Assembly: GCA_963796275.1 (NCBI GenBank)
Contig: CAWCKY010000006.1
Coordinates: forward strand, 1,376,001 to 1,440,000
From: an uncultured Acidobacteriota bacterium
GTDB taxonomy: Bacteria > Acidobacteriota > Blastocatellia > RBC074
Length of the DNA stretch: 64,000 nt
Direction: 5' to 3'
The position numbers and the translations under genes were made by a program. Of this stretch, positions 33,747-43,154 are shown in pieces; within the stretch, counting starts at the first letter, position 1; each line of letters starts with the position of its first letter. The notes below the pieces were generated by a model. That model was not told where the DNA came from and did no database searches. It was given only the letters and a program-made list of their open reading frames with translations.

Positions 33747-34982
33747 TTATCTGAATTCCATCGCCGCGAAGCTTACTACCGATTGTTCATCGATATTCCA
33801 CTGTTCATAGCGTAGTAGTTGACCGCGCGCGCCGGGAACCGAGCTTAAAAATGTGTAGATTGGTGAAAAGCCGCACCACTTCAAGCGATCCTGTTCAGGC
33901 CTGACCAGGTCGAAGAATTCATCGCTCTTACCGTCGCATATTCGGTTCAATCTCTCGCGATCCTCTTCTTTAACCTCGAGCATTATCCCATGTTCAGCGC
34001 GGGCGATACTATCGTCACCGTAACGCATGCCGATGTGAGCCAGATCGACACCCAACACCCAGAACAGTTGCGAAGCTTTGAGCTCTGCTATTTCGCCCAG
34101 CGCTTCGAAAAATCGCAAAACTTTATCATCGTTTTCCGGCGGTTCGCCCTCGCTCAGCGCCTTGGCGAATGGCCCGCACAAAATAGGTGCTATCTTGAAG
34201 TCGGAGCCGAGCATCTGTTGAAGAAACACACATTGGAATTCGATTGAATGTTCAATAGCGTGACAGTAATCCTCCGTCGTGATCGAATCGCCCCCGCGAT
34301 CGATCAGCATGTCGATCAATTCGGTATCTGGTTGAATCGTTCCGAGTGGGGTGGAGAAAGGTTTGCGGGTCAACCCGAATTTTTCGGGCTCGCCGTAATG
34401 CGACGTGCCGAGCACTATGATGGTTTTGCCGGCAGCGTGTTGCCGGGCAGCTCCGCTCAAACGACCGTATGCCGCAGCATAGGATTGCCATCCACCCCAT
34501 GGACTGACGTGAGGCGCGGCCAGACCGATGATCGGATGGGGAGCCGGCGCCGGGGAGTTTTGCAGATAGCCATCTAGTTGGGCGCGCAGCTCGGCATTCT
34601 CCTCCGGATACCCCGTCCCCGAATGCGCGGGCACGCGTAAGGGAGCGGATTCGAATTGCGCGTGGCGTTCGAGCCGCATCCGATCGAACTCATCGCTTTC
34701 GAGAAAACCGTTATGTCTGAGAGCGTCGACCAGCGATTGGATGGTCTCGCCCGGGATGATCTCTCCCGCCAGTTTGGAAATATAAGCCTGTAGGTCCAGC
34801 ACCGTGCTTTCACCATCAAAGAAGACGAGACCGGCGGCGAGAAGCGGCGGGATGATGAGTATCTCTTGTGTGTAACGGAAAGGGTCACGGAAAAGGATGC
34901 CCGGTTTGTCCGGAACGGGCGAACGCATGATGTCCAAACCGAGCCGCAAGCGCGGAAGTATGTTATTCATTTGCGCCCTCAC
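33747..34982 (-). CDS. MEMO1-family / AmmeMemoRadiSam protein B
   Basis: APH, LGTSH, EHSIEFQ, DLAH.G.RYGD and CG motifs. Confidence 0.85.
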   Translation of the reverse strand: MRAQMNNILPRLRLGLDIMRSPVPDKPGILFRDPFRYTQEILIIPPLLAAGLVFFDGESTVLDLQAYISKLAGEIIPGETIQSLVDALRHNGFLESDEFDRMRLERHAQFESAPLRVPAHSGTGYPEENAELRAQLDGYLQNSPAPAPHPIIGLAAPHVSPWGGWQSYAAAYGRLSGAARQHAAGKTIIVLGTSHYGEPEKFGLTRKPFSTPLGTIQPDTELIDMLIDRGGDSITTEDYCHAIEHSIEFQCVFLQQMLGSDFKIAPILCGPFAKALSEGEPPENDDKVLRFFEALGEIAELKASQLFWVLGVDLAHIGMRYGDDSIARAEHGIMLEVKEEDRERLNRICDGKSDEFFDLVRPEQDRLKWCGFSPIYTFLSSVPGARGQLLRYEQWNIDEQSVVSFAAMEFR

Positions 34983-35343
34983 CGTTGGGCATTTTTTTTA
35001 ATCCAATTTTTATCGCCTCGGTCAAACTCTTACCGTCCTCTTTGGTCATATCTGACATTGTGATCAATTCATTGTAAACCAGAAAATCCCCACTTCGCGC
35101 ATCGACGATGCCGATGCTTATGAAGTATCTTTGTAATTTCGCTGCAGATCGGCTACAGCATATTTCAACTTCTCGTCGTTTTGTAGAGTTTCCGGTTTAA
35201 ACGGGCTGTCAACTTTTTTATCAATTTTTCATAATTGCTCAGCCCCAATGAATCCAATAGTTGCAACACGTCCCGCCCGTACCTGTTTCACTTGATACTG
35301 CAACCTATTCGCTTTAATCTGCGTATTAATCTGCTGGTGAGTT

Positions 35344-36153
35344 ATGAATAGAATTGATCGATCAGTGAAAACACTTTTGCGGCGCTTCATTTCTACTTTT
35401 CTGCTACTGCTCTTGATCGCGCCCGGTACACTTGCACAAAAATCTCGAAGCAAGGGAATGACCGCTCCGCCCCAACCTCAAGTGACACAAAAAGAGGCCG
35501 CGGAGTTGGCGGAAGCGGCCAGCAGGTCGAGAGCCAAACTGATCGAATCATCGAAAACCTATCGCGAAAGCCTCGAACGATTGTATGTTCTGCAAAAGCA
35601 GGAGGAAGATCAGATCGCTGCTCTGCTCGAAAAGAACCGCGGGTTGTTTGAAAGCGGGTTAATAGCCAAACGAGATGTCGAATTGGTCGAACAAAGTCTG
35701 GCGACGGCGCAAAATAAGAGTGCGGAAACTCAGAAGCAGCTTGAATCTGTCGACCACCTGGTCGCCGAGGTCAAAGCCGCGGAGGAACTGGCGAAGATGC
35801 CGGCAGCCGGCTCATTTCGCACGTCAGATATGCTCATTCGTTATGTTGGCTCGACCCGCTGGGCCATGAGCGACCTGGATAAGATTGATGCATTCTTCCG
35901 CTTGAAATTCGGCCGCGTGCTTCCCGTGAGCGCATTAGGACAGACCGAGACGCATTCACGCCTTGGACTAGATCATCACGATGCAATCGATGTCGCCATT
36001 CATCCCGATAGCGCAGAAGGTCAGGAATTGATCAACTATTTGCGCTCACAGAAGATTTCATTCATCGCGATCCGCGGCGCGATTCTCGGATCAGCCACCG
36101 GCGCGCATATCCACATCGGCCCGTCATCGAAAAGAACCACGCTGGCTAACTGA
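35344..36153 (+). CDS. Secreted coiled-coil protein with a C-terminal M15/LAS-like Zn motif
   Basis: Signal peptide, coiled coil, DHHDAIDV and GAHIHIG. Confidence 0.55.
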   Translation: MNRIDRSVKTLLRRFISTFLLLLLIAPGTLAQKSRSKGMTAPPQPQVTQKEAAELAEAASRSRAKLIESSKTYRESLERLYVLQKQEEDQIAALLEKNRGLFESGLIAKRDVELVEQSLATAQNKSAETQKQLESVDHLVAEVKAAEELAKMPAAGSFRTSDMLIRYVGSTRWAMSDLDKIDAFFRLKFGRVLPVSALGQTETHSRLGLDHHDAIDVAIHPDSAEGQELINYLRSQKISFIAIRGAILGSATGAHIHIGPSSKRTTLAN

Positions 36154-36227
36154 GACAATATGCGTGGCTCTCCGCAAAAAAACGATCAGCGCAATTAACG
36201 ACAAAATATAGAATTTTGTGCGATTGA

Positions 36228-37847
36228 TCAATGTTTAAAGTGCCTGATCCCGGTGAACAGCATTGCCAGATTCTGTTCGTTTGCAGCTTCGATCACTTCT
36301 TTATCCCGGACAGACCCGCCCGGTTGAATAATGGCGGTAATGCCGTGTTTGGCTGCTTCGTCTACTCCATCGCGAAACGGAAAGAAGGCGTCTGAAGCGA
36401 GGACGCTGCCAGCGATCGGCAGCTTGGCTTTCATCGCACCGAGCATTACCGAATCGACGCGCGACATCTGACCCGCACCGACCCCGATCAATTGATCCTC
36501 TTTCGCATATACGATCGCGTTCGATTTGACGTGTTTGCCGATCGCCCAGGCGAATCGGAGCGCGCGCCGCTCGGACGGCGACGGTTTGCGATCACTTACA
36601 ATCTGAAGCTTCTCTTCATCGAGCAATTCGACATCGCGATCCTGGACGAGGACGCCGCCGCTGATCCTTCTCAACTCTAGATGATCTGTTTGATTTCCGA
36701 TCTCCCCCATACGCAATACGCGGAGGTTCTTCTTCGCCTTGAGGATGTTTTGCGCTTCATCGGTGAAATCGGGAGCGATGATCACCTCGGCGAACATTTC
36801 TGCGATCTCCTTCGCGGCGATGCCGTCTACCGCTCCTGAAAACGCGATGATGCCGCCGAAAGCCGATACCGGATCTGTCGCTCTCGCTTTATTGAATGCC
36901 GCGAGCGCGCTCGCTGCCGTGCCGGCGCCGCAAGGGTTGGTATGTTTGATGATCGCACAGATGTGCTGAACCTCGTGCCTCATCTCCTCGGCATCCCGCA
37001 GTTGCATCCGATGTAATTCCTGCACTAATTCCCACGCGGCATCGCTGTCGATGAGGTTGTTATATGAGAGCTCTTTGCCCTGCAATTGAGAGGCGGTCGC
37101 GACGCCGTGACCGTCGTCCCCCACAATCCGGTAGAGTGCGGCGCGCTGGTGCGGGTTTTCGCCGTAACGTAAATCATTCGCCTTCGTCAGCTCCAGCGGA
37201 ATTTCATCGGGCAGCCCAGCGGCAGCTCCCGCTCCATCCTGCTGCCAGGAAGCTAAAAAGCGCGCTATCTCTCTATCGTAATCAGCCGTGTGGCGGAATG
37301 CGGTGAGAGCTAGTCGATAGCGGGCAGATTGCGGTAATGAGCAGTCCCATTTATCGAGCAGCTCTGCGATCATTGAATAGTCATTCGGGTCGACGACGAC
37401 GGCGACATCGTTATGGTTCTTGGCGGCCGACCGGATCATCGCAGGCCCGCCTATATCGATATGCTCGATCGCCTCGCTCATCGTCACATCCGGTTTCCGG
37501 ATAGTTTGAAGGAACGGGTAGAGGTTGACGACAACCATATCGATCGGCTCGATTCCGTGTTCGCGCATCCTGGCTCGATGTTCGGGGTTGTCGCGAATGC
37601 CCAGGATGCCGCCGTGGATTTTCGGATGCAGAGTTTTTACTCGCCCGTCAAGCATCTCAGGAAAACCCGTGACCTCGGATACATCACGCACATCGAGGCC
37701 ATTCTCGCGGAGCAGTTTGGCGGTGCCGCCGGTGGAGATGATATCGATCCCGTGTCGTTTCAGATTTTGCGCGAATTCAATCAGACCGGACTTATCGGAA
37801 ACGCTGATCAGAGCCCGCTCGATCTTCTTTAGTGACTGTTCCTGCAT
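36228..37847 (-). CDS. purH: Bifunctional AICAR formyltransferase/IMP cyclohydrolase
   Basis: RALISVSDK, GRVKTLHP, RYGENPHQ, KHTNPCG and ASDAFFPF motifs. Confidence 0.98.
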   Translation of the reverse strand: MQEQSLKKIERALISVSDKSGLIEFAQNLKRHGIDIISTGGTAKLLRENGLDVRDVSEVTGFPEMLDGRVKTLHPKIHGGILGIRDNPEHRARMREHGIEPIDMVVVNLYPFLQTIRKPDVTMSEAIEHIDIGGPAMIRSAAKNHNDVAVVVDPNDYSMIAELLDKWDCSLPQSARYRLALTAFRHTADYDREIARFLASWQQDGAGAAAGLPDEIPLELTKANDLRYGENPHQRAALYRIVGDDGHGVATASQLQGKELSYNNLIDSDAAWELVQELHRMQLRDAEEMRHEVQHICAIIKHTNPCGAGTAASALAAFNKARATDPVSAFGGIIAFSGAVDGIAAKEIAEMFAEVIIAPDFTDEAQNILKAKKNLRVLRMGEIGNQTDHLELRRISGGVLVQDRDVELLDEEKLQIVSDRKPSPSERRALRFAWAIGKHVKSNAIVYAKEDQLIGVGAGQMSRVDSVMLGAMKAKLPIAGSVLASDAFFPFRDGVDEAAKHGITAIIQPGGSVRDKEVIEAANEQNLAMLFTGIRHFKH

Positions 37848-37937
37848 TATTTCTTTCCATTTCTCCCTATTCTATTGCTAAGGGTGCAATTCTATCGAAT
37901 TTGATCTGCTCACCTCAAAAGATCATCATGCAACAAT

Positions 37938-39149
37938 ATGGAGTCGAACAACAAATTTGAGCGAGCGGCCGCGATCCGAGTTATCAATTTGTCGAAGAGA
38001 TTCGATGGCCAGCAGATTCTTACAAATATCGGCTTCGATATCTCTGCGGGAGAAGTGTTGGTTGTGCTCGGCCCGTCAGGGAGCGGCAAGACGACTTTGC
38101 TGAGAATCATCGCCGGTCTGGAAGAACCCGAGACCGGAGAGATTCATTTGAATGGACAGGTTGCGCAAGCTCTTCCGCCGCAGAAGCGCGAATTGGGCGT
38201 TGTATTTCAGGAGCATGCGCTCTTCCAGCGGAAGACCGTCGAGCAGAACATAGCTTTCGGGCTGGAGACGCACAAGGTAGACAGAACGGAGAAACAGAAG
38301 ATCGTCGATGAAATGCTCAGCCTCGTCAATTTGCGCGCGCATCGCAGGAAGTATCCGGACCAGCTCTCAGGCGGACAACGGCAACGGGTGGCGCTGGCGC
38401 GCGCGCTAGCCTTCAAACCTGAAGCGATGTTGTTTGATGAGCCATTCAGCGCCCTCGATGCCGTGACGCGTCTGGAGCTGCGGCGGGAGGTCCGATCGTT
38501 ATTGCGCGAGATGAATATCCCCGCGCTCTTCATCACTCACGATCAGGAAGAGGCGCTGGAACTGGCTGATCGTATTATCGTCCTCAATCATGGTCGGATA
38601 GAGCAGATCGGCACGCCTTATGAGCTTTATAACCGGCCTCGCAATGAATTCGTCGCGACCTTTCTGGGCGCCGCTAACGTTCTTCTCGGGCGATGGATCG
38701 AAGGGAAGGTGATGCTCGGCCGGATCAGGCTTAAAGCCATCAATGATGGGCCGTTATTTTCTGAACGCCAGCCGGTAAAAATTATTTTCCGTCCGGAAGA
38801 TGCAGTTCTCAATTTTCAACAACAGCTTCTCGATACACCCTATGTGCTCGGTCGCGCGGTTATTGAAGATATTTCCTATATCGGACACAGCGAAAGACTC
38901 GTGGCGCGGTTGATGTTGTGGTCACAGCAGGTCACCGATGGTGACCCGGATATCCAGCGACTGCGGGCGCTCGCATTGATCGATGATCCCCAATCCGATG
39001 GATTTCCGATCGTCATCACGCGCAACAAGTGGGATGCCAATGAAATGGTGCTTGAGGTCGGAGATACGGTTGTGATCGGGCTGAAAGGCTACCGATTGTT
39101 ACCGCATTACCCGCTGCGCAGCGAGTCAGGCTCGAAGGTTCAACAATAG
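37938..39149 (+). CDS. cysA: Sulfate/thiosulfate ABC transporter ATP-binding subunit
   Basis: GPSGSGKT, LSGGQRQR and THDQEEALE motifs; adjacent to sbp-cysT-cysW. Confidence 0.8.
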   Translation: MESNNKFERAAAIRVINLSKRFDGQQILTNIGFDISAGEVLVVLGPSGSGKTTLLRIIAGLEEPETGEIHLNGQVAQALPPQKRELGVVFQEHALFQRKTVEQNIAFGLETHKVDRTEKQKIVDEMLSLVNLRAHRRKYPDQLSGGQRQRVALARALAFKPEAMLFDEPFSALDAVTRLELRREVRSLLREMNIPALFITHDQEEALELADRIIVLNHGRIEQIGTPYELYNRPRNEFVATFLGAANVLLGRWIEGKVMLGRIRLKAINDGPLFSERQPVKIIFRPEDAVLNFQQQLLDTPYVLGRAVIEDISYIGHSERLVARLMLWSQQVTDGDPDIQRLRALALIDDPQSDGFPIVITRNKWDANEMVLEVGDTVVIGLKGYRLLPHYPLRSESGSKVQQ

Positions 39150-39180
39150 CAACCAAGAAAAAATTGCCGCAAAAACGTGA

Positions 39181-39264
39181 GATTTATCACTTACATTTGT
39201 CATTGAAACGCACTCTTCAATGACAAATGTAAAATTACAAATGTAAAATGACAAATGATAAATC
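39181..39264. repeat. Heptamer palindrome, family copy 2
   Basis: ttacatttgtcattgaa..ttcaatgacaaatgtaaaattacaaatgtaaaatgacaaatgataaatc, nearly identical to the 6914 copy. Confidence 0.8.
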
Positions 39265-39267
39265 TTC

Positions 39268-39317
39268 TTGACTCAGCCAGGCCTGGTGCTATATAAACTC
39301 CCAGTCATCCACTAGGA
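39268..39317 (+). promoter_or_regulatory. Putative sigma70 promoter with overlapping Rrf2 operator
   Basis: TTGACT (39268) and TG-C-TATATA (39287-39295); palindrome TCCCAGT-N5-ACTAGGA at 39299-39317. Confidence 0.55.
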
Positions 39318-39323
39318 AATTAA

Positions 39324-39779
39324 ATGAACGTCTCTACGAAAAGCGAATATGGCTTACGCGCTCTGATCTATCTTGCTTCCAACACGGAGCGCGAGGCAGT
39401 TCCTGCGCGTGAGATAGCCGAGAAGTGGAGCGTTCCAGTCAAATACCTCGAACAGATTCTCAAGACGCTCAAGGATGAGGGTATTTTGGTGAGCCAGGTC
39501 GGCATCGGAGGCGGATATCGTCTGGCCAGACCGGCGACTCTGATCACCACGGGCGAGGTCATCAGGTTACTCGATGGCAGGATCGCGCCGATGGGATGCG
39601 TCAGTTCATACGACTATGAGCCGTGCGAATTCGAGGAAGGCTGTGGCTTGAAGACGCTTTGGGCCAGAGCTCGCGCCGCCCTCATCGGAGTGCTCGATCA
39701 AACCACTATTGCTGACCTCTGTACCCAGGCTAATCACCAAAAGGTGGTTAGCCTGAAATCTTCGTCTAATTATCGCTAA
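39324..39779 (+). CDS. Rrf2-family regulator (CymR/IscR-like)
   Basis: STKSEYGLRAL, YLEQIL and GGGYRLARP motifs; three clustered Cys; heads the sulfate operon. Confidence 0.9.
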   Translation: MNVSTKSEYGLRALIYLASNTEREAVPAREIAEKWSVPVKYLEQILKTLKDEGILVSQVGIGGGYRLARPATLITTGEVIRLLDGRIAPMGCVSSYDYEPCEFEEGCGLKTLWARARAALIGVLDQTTIADLCTQANHQKVVSLKSSSNYR

Positions 39780-39859
39780 ACATCCCAAACAACAGTCTCT
39801 TCGTCAAAACATATAAATCCCATTTTTTAATGTCTATGTATTAACTAGGATTTATTGAG

Positions 39860-40891
39860 GTGAGCGCGAAGGCATTCCTATTAATTAGCCTGGTTATTTG
39901 GTTGGCGGCAGCCGGTTGCGCCGTGCCGGAGAAGAGCAGCGGCGGAACGGTGATGCTGACGCTGGGCGCATACACGACTCCGCGCGAGGCTTACAGTAAA
40001 GCGATCATCCCGGAGTTCCAGCGATATTGGAAACAGAGGACCGGACAGGATGTCGAGTTTCAAGAGTCGTATCAGGCGAGCGGCGCGCAATCGCGGGCTA
40101 TTATCAGCGGGTTCGAAGCCGATATCGCGGCGCTCTCGCTGGAAGGTGACGTGGAGAGGATCGCCCAATCGGGCTTGATCAAGCACGATTGGAAGAAAAA
40201 CCAACACAAAGGCATCGTCTCCACCTCAGTTGTAGTCCTCGCGGTCAGGCTGGGCAATCCTAAAAGCATCGGTGATTGGACCGATCTGACAAGGCCGGGA
40301 TTGAAGGTATTGACACCGGATCCGAAGACTTCGGGGGGCGCGCAATGGAACATCGCCGCACTTTATGGCGCCGCGCTCCGCGGTTATGCGGGATCGGCGA
40401 ATGATCCGGCGGTAGCGAAGGAGTTGCTCAAGCGAGTCCTCCTTAACGTCTCGCTAATGGATAAGGGTGCGCGCGAATCCATCACCACTTTTGAGAAGGG
40501 CGTAGGGGATGTCGCGATAACCTATGAAAACGAAGTGCTGGTTGGACGGCAGGCTGGACGGAAATATGACTACATCATCCCCCGTTCAACGATTCTGATC
40601 GAAAACCCGGTCGCGCTGGTCGACACTTATGTCGATAAACACGGCGTCCGTGAGGTGGCGGAAGGATTCATCGAATTTCTCTGGACGAAAGAAGCGCAGC
40701 GCGTTTTCGCGAAGTTCGGTTTGCGGCCGGTTGATCTGCAAACAGCGAATGAGGTCGAGGGCCGGTTTCAACCGACAGGAGACATCTGGAAGATCGATTA
40801 TCTGGGAGGATGGAGGAGCGTTTCGACCGAGCTCTTCGGGCCTGCCGGAATCTACACGAAAAGTTTCGAGGAGTTACACGCGGGTCAATGA
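39860..40891 (+). CDS. sbp: Sulfate-binding lipoprotein
   Basis: Lipobox AAGC; ASGAQSRAI, TPDPKTSGGA and YENE motifs. Confidence 0.9.
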   Translation: MSAKAFLLISLVIWLAAAGCAVPEKSSGGTVMLTLGAYTTPREAYSKAIIPEFQRYWKQRTGQDVEFQESYQASGAQSRAIISGFEADIAALSLEGDVERIAQSGLIKHDWKKNQHKGIVSTSVVVLAVRLGNPKSIGDWTDLTRPGLKVLTPDPKTSGGAQWNIAALYGAALRGYAGSANDPAVAKELLKRVLLNVSLMDKGARESITTFEKGVGDVAITYENEVLVGRQAGRKYDYIIPRSTILIENPVALVDTYVDKHGVREVAEGFIEFLWTKEAQRVFAKFGLRPVDLQTANEVEGRFQPTGDIWKIDYLGGWRSVSTELFGPAGIYTKSFEELHAGQ

Positions 40892-41748
40892 ACATAGCCG
40901 ATTCGCCACAAGTTAAATCAATACGGTTCGCTTCTCGTCGCCCGTGGGGAAGATGGAGTTTGAGGGCAGTATCGATCCTCTGGCTCGTATTGATGATCTT
41001 GCTTCCCATCAGCACGCTGCTCGAACACGGTCTGAGAGATGGGATCGCAATGCTCTGGAATGAGGTGACCAGCCCGATCGCTTTGGCGGCATTGAAACTG
41101 ACGCTGATCGCCGCCGCGATAATGACTGCGATCAATGCGGTGATGGGGACGATGACGGCATATGTGCTGGTGCGCTATCGGTTCTACGGGAGCCGTCTGC
41201 TCAATAGCCTGATCGATTTGCCGTTTGCGATTCCGACCCTGGTCACGGGAGTCATGCTGGTTGTGCTCTATGGCCCACAACAGTTGCTGGGTTCGTGGTT
41301 GGATGCGCGCGGGATCCAGATCGTCTTCGCTCAACCTGGGATTGTGATGGCGCTGCTCTTTGTCACCTATCCGTTCGTCATCCGGACTGTGCAACCGGTG
41401 CTGATGGCGATCGACAGGTCGCAGGAAGAAGCTGCGTGGACTCTGGGCGCATCGCAGTGGCAGACATTCGCGAAGATAATACTTCCGATGCTTACTCCGG
41501 CGATCCTCACGGGCTCTCTGCTCGGATTCGCTCGCGCTCTGGGTGAATTTGGGTCGCTGGTGGTGGTCGCCGGAAATATACCACGCAGCACATTGACGGC
41601 TCCGGTTTATATCTTCGGGGAGATTGAATCGCAGAACCAGCGCGGCGCGAGCGCTATGTCTATAGTGTTGCTGACGCTGTCGTTCGCGCTGATGTTGCTG
41701 GTCGACTGGCTGCAGGAGAGACGTGGAGGGACCATTGCCGCCGGATAA
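40888..41748 (+). CDS. cysT: Sulfate ABC permease CysT
   Basis: DLPFAIPT.V.G, PFVIRTVQPV, EEAAWTLGAS and ARALGEFG motifs; ATGA overlap with sbp. Confidence 0.9.
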   Translation: MNIADSPQVKSIRFASRRPWGRWSLRAVSILWLVLMILLPISTLLEHGLRDGIAMLWNEVTSPIALAALKLTLIAAAIMTAINAVMGTMTAYVLVRYRFYGSRLLNSLIDLPFAIPTLVTGVMLVVLYGPQQLLGSWLDARGIQIVFAQPGIVMALLFVTYPFVIRTVQPVLMAIDRSQEEAAWTLGASQWQTFAKIILPMLTPAILTGSLLGFARALGEFGSLVVVAGNIPRSTLTAPVYIFGEIESQNQRGASAMSIVLLTLSFALMLLVDWLQERRGGTIAAG

Positions 41749-42607
41749 TGTTGTAATCGATAAGGCAGGAGAGAAGCGATCGAGTAGTCTTCACACACGG
41801 GTGGAGCGGCCGAGGGGAGCCGAATGGCTATTACTCGCGATAGTGGTCCTCTACGCCGTATTGCTATTTGCCGGGCCGCTCGCCGCCATCGCCTGGGGTG
41901 CGCTCTCATCGGGTTTCAACGCAATGTTGAGGGAGATTACGTCAATCGAAGCGATAAATGCGCTCAAATTGACGCTGATCCAGAGCGTTGCCGCTACGTT
42001 GATCAACACGGGTTTCGGGTTGTGTGTGGCGATATTTCTGGCGCGTGATGACTTCAGAGGCCGGCGCCTCTTGAACGGATTGGTCGATCTGCCATTTGCT
42101 GTCTCTCCGGTTATCGCCGGATTTACCTTGATACTGTTGTTCGGCCGGAATGGCTGGTTGGCCGGGAGCATAGATGCGCTCAATCTTCGCGTGGTATTCG
42201 CGTTGCCGGGAATGTTGCTGGCGACGATCTTCGTCTCGCTGCCTTTTGTGGTTCGCGCAGTGATCCCGATGTTAAAACACATCGGTACAGAACAGGAGAA
42301 TGTGGCTTACACGATGGGGGCAGGGTATTGGCGGACGTTCTGGCACATTACGTTGCCGAATATTCGCTGGGGACTGCTTTATGGTATTTCGCTCACCTTC
42401 GCGCGCTCCATCGGCGAATTCGGAGCCGTATTGGTGGTGGGCGGAGGAGTAACTCGGTTGACCGAGACTTCTACTCTCTACATTTATCGCGCGCTCGATG
42501 ATCGTAACGAGATCGGAGCATATGCGATGGTGCTGGTACTGGCCGCGTTCTCGTTGGGCCTGCTTTTATTGATGGAGTACTCGAGAAAACATACGCAGGA
42601 AGACTGA
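41723..42607 (+). CDS. cysW: Sulfate ABC permease CysW
   Basis: DLPFAVSPVIAG, TLPNIRWGLLYG and GEFGAV motifs. Confidence 0.9.
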   Translation: MEGPLPPDNVVIDKAGEKRSSSLHTRVERPRGAEWLLLAIVVLYAVLLFAGPLAAIAWGALSSGFNAMLREITSIEAINALKLTLIQSVAATLINTGFGLCVAIFLARDDFRGRRLLNGLVDLPFAVSPVIAGFTLILLFGRNGWLAGSIDALNLRVVFALPGMLLATIFVSLPFVVRAVIPMLKHIGTEQENVAYTMGAGYWRTFWHITLPNIRWGLLYGISLTFARSIGEFGAVLVVGGGVTRLTETSTLYIYRALDDRNEIGAYAMVLVLAAFSLGLLLLMEYSRKHTQED

Positions 42608-42649
42608 ACGAAGACTGGAGATAGGTGCGACGAACACAAGGACACAAAG

Positions 42650-42829
42650 ATGAAAAGACGCAAAGAAGATAACAGCATACGAAGCGAGAAACACGGCAGG
42701 GATAGGATCAGGATGTTCTTCATCAAGATATTCTTTACTCCGGTGCCCATGATGGATCGTTGTTGTTGTTGTCCCTGTTCATGTCTATGCCTTGGGCTGC
42801 AGAGAATAGAGCCTGATTCGAGGGAATGA
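42650..42829 (+). CDS. Putative Cys-rich leader peptide (59 aa; alternative in-frame ATGs at 42713 and 42749)
   Basis: MKRRKEDNSIRSEKHGRDRIRMFFIKIFFTPVPMMDRCCCCPCSCLCLGLQRIEPDSRE*; AAGGA upstream of the first ATG. Confidence 0.45.
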   Translation: MKRRKEDNSIRSEKHGRDRIRMFFIKIFFTPVPMMDRCCCCPCSCLCLGLQRIEPDSRE

Positions 42830-42856
42830 AATCTGGATGCCAGCCAGATCATTACT

Positions 42857-42901
42857 GAAACCCGCTATCAGCTCTAAGCGAATAGCGGGTTTCTGATTTT
42901 T
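42857..42901 (+). terminator. Terminator-like hairpin 1
   Basis: gaaacccgctat/atagcgggtttc 12-bp stem followed by tgattttt. Confidence 0.7.
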
Positions 42902-42917
42902 GGTTGGTTCATACGAA

Positions 42918-42955
<38 letters not shown>

Positions 42956-42987
42956 GCGGTGGGTCCCATGAACCCACCGCGTTTTTT
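42956..42987 (+). terminator. Terminator-like hairpin 2
   Basis: gcggtgggt/acccaccgc stem followed by gtttttt. Confidence 0.75.
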
Positions 42988-43026
42988 AAGGCTGATCATC
43001 AGTTCGGCTGCGGTTTAGAGATAGCA

Positions 43027-43101
43027 GGCGGCGTAGCCAAGCGGTAAGGCAGAGGCCGGCAAAGCCTTTATACGCGGGTTCGATTCCCGTCGCCGCCTCC
43101 A
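43027..43101 (+). tRNA. tRNA-Cys (GCA) with atypical G33
   Basis: GGCGGCG/CGCCGCC acceptor stem; U73 + CCA; T-loop TTCGATT; anticodon arm GAGGC-CGGCAAA-GCCTT. Confidence 0.9.
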
Positions 43102-43154
43102 TATGCGGGATAAGGCAGGGTTTCCATCCTGCCAAATTTACTGAGGAGCCCTGA

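Noticed and set aside
42484-42852. 122-aa minus-strand ORF with a Q run
   Set aside because: It overlaps cysW antisense and has no motif; the Q run is the complement of the TGT run.
43027-43101. tRNA-Ala(GGC) reading, or a tRNA used as an island attachment site
   Set aside because: Stem geometry centres GCA, U73 marks Cys and G3:U70 is absent. I saw no integrase or duplicated tRNA 3' end.
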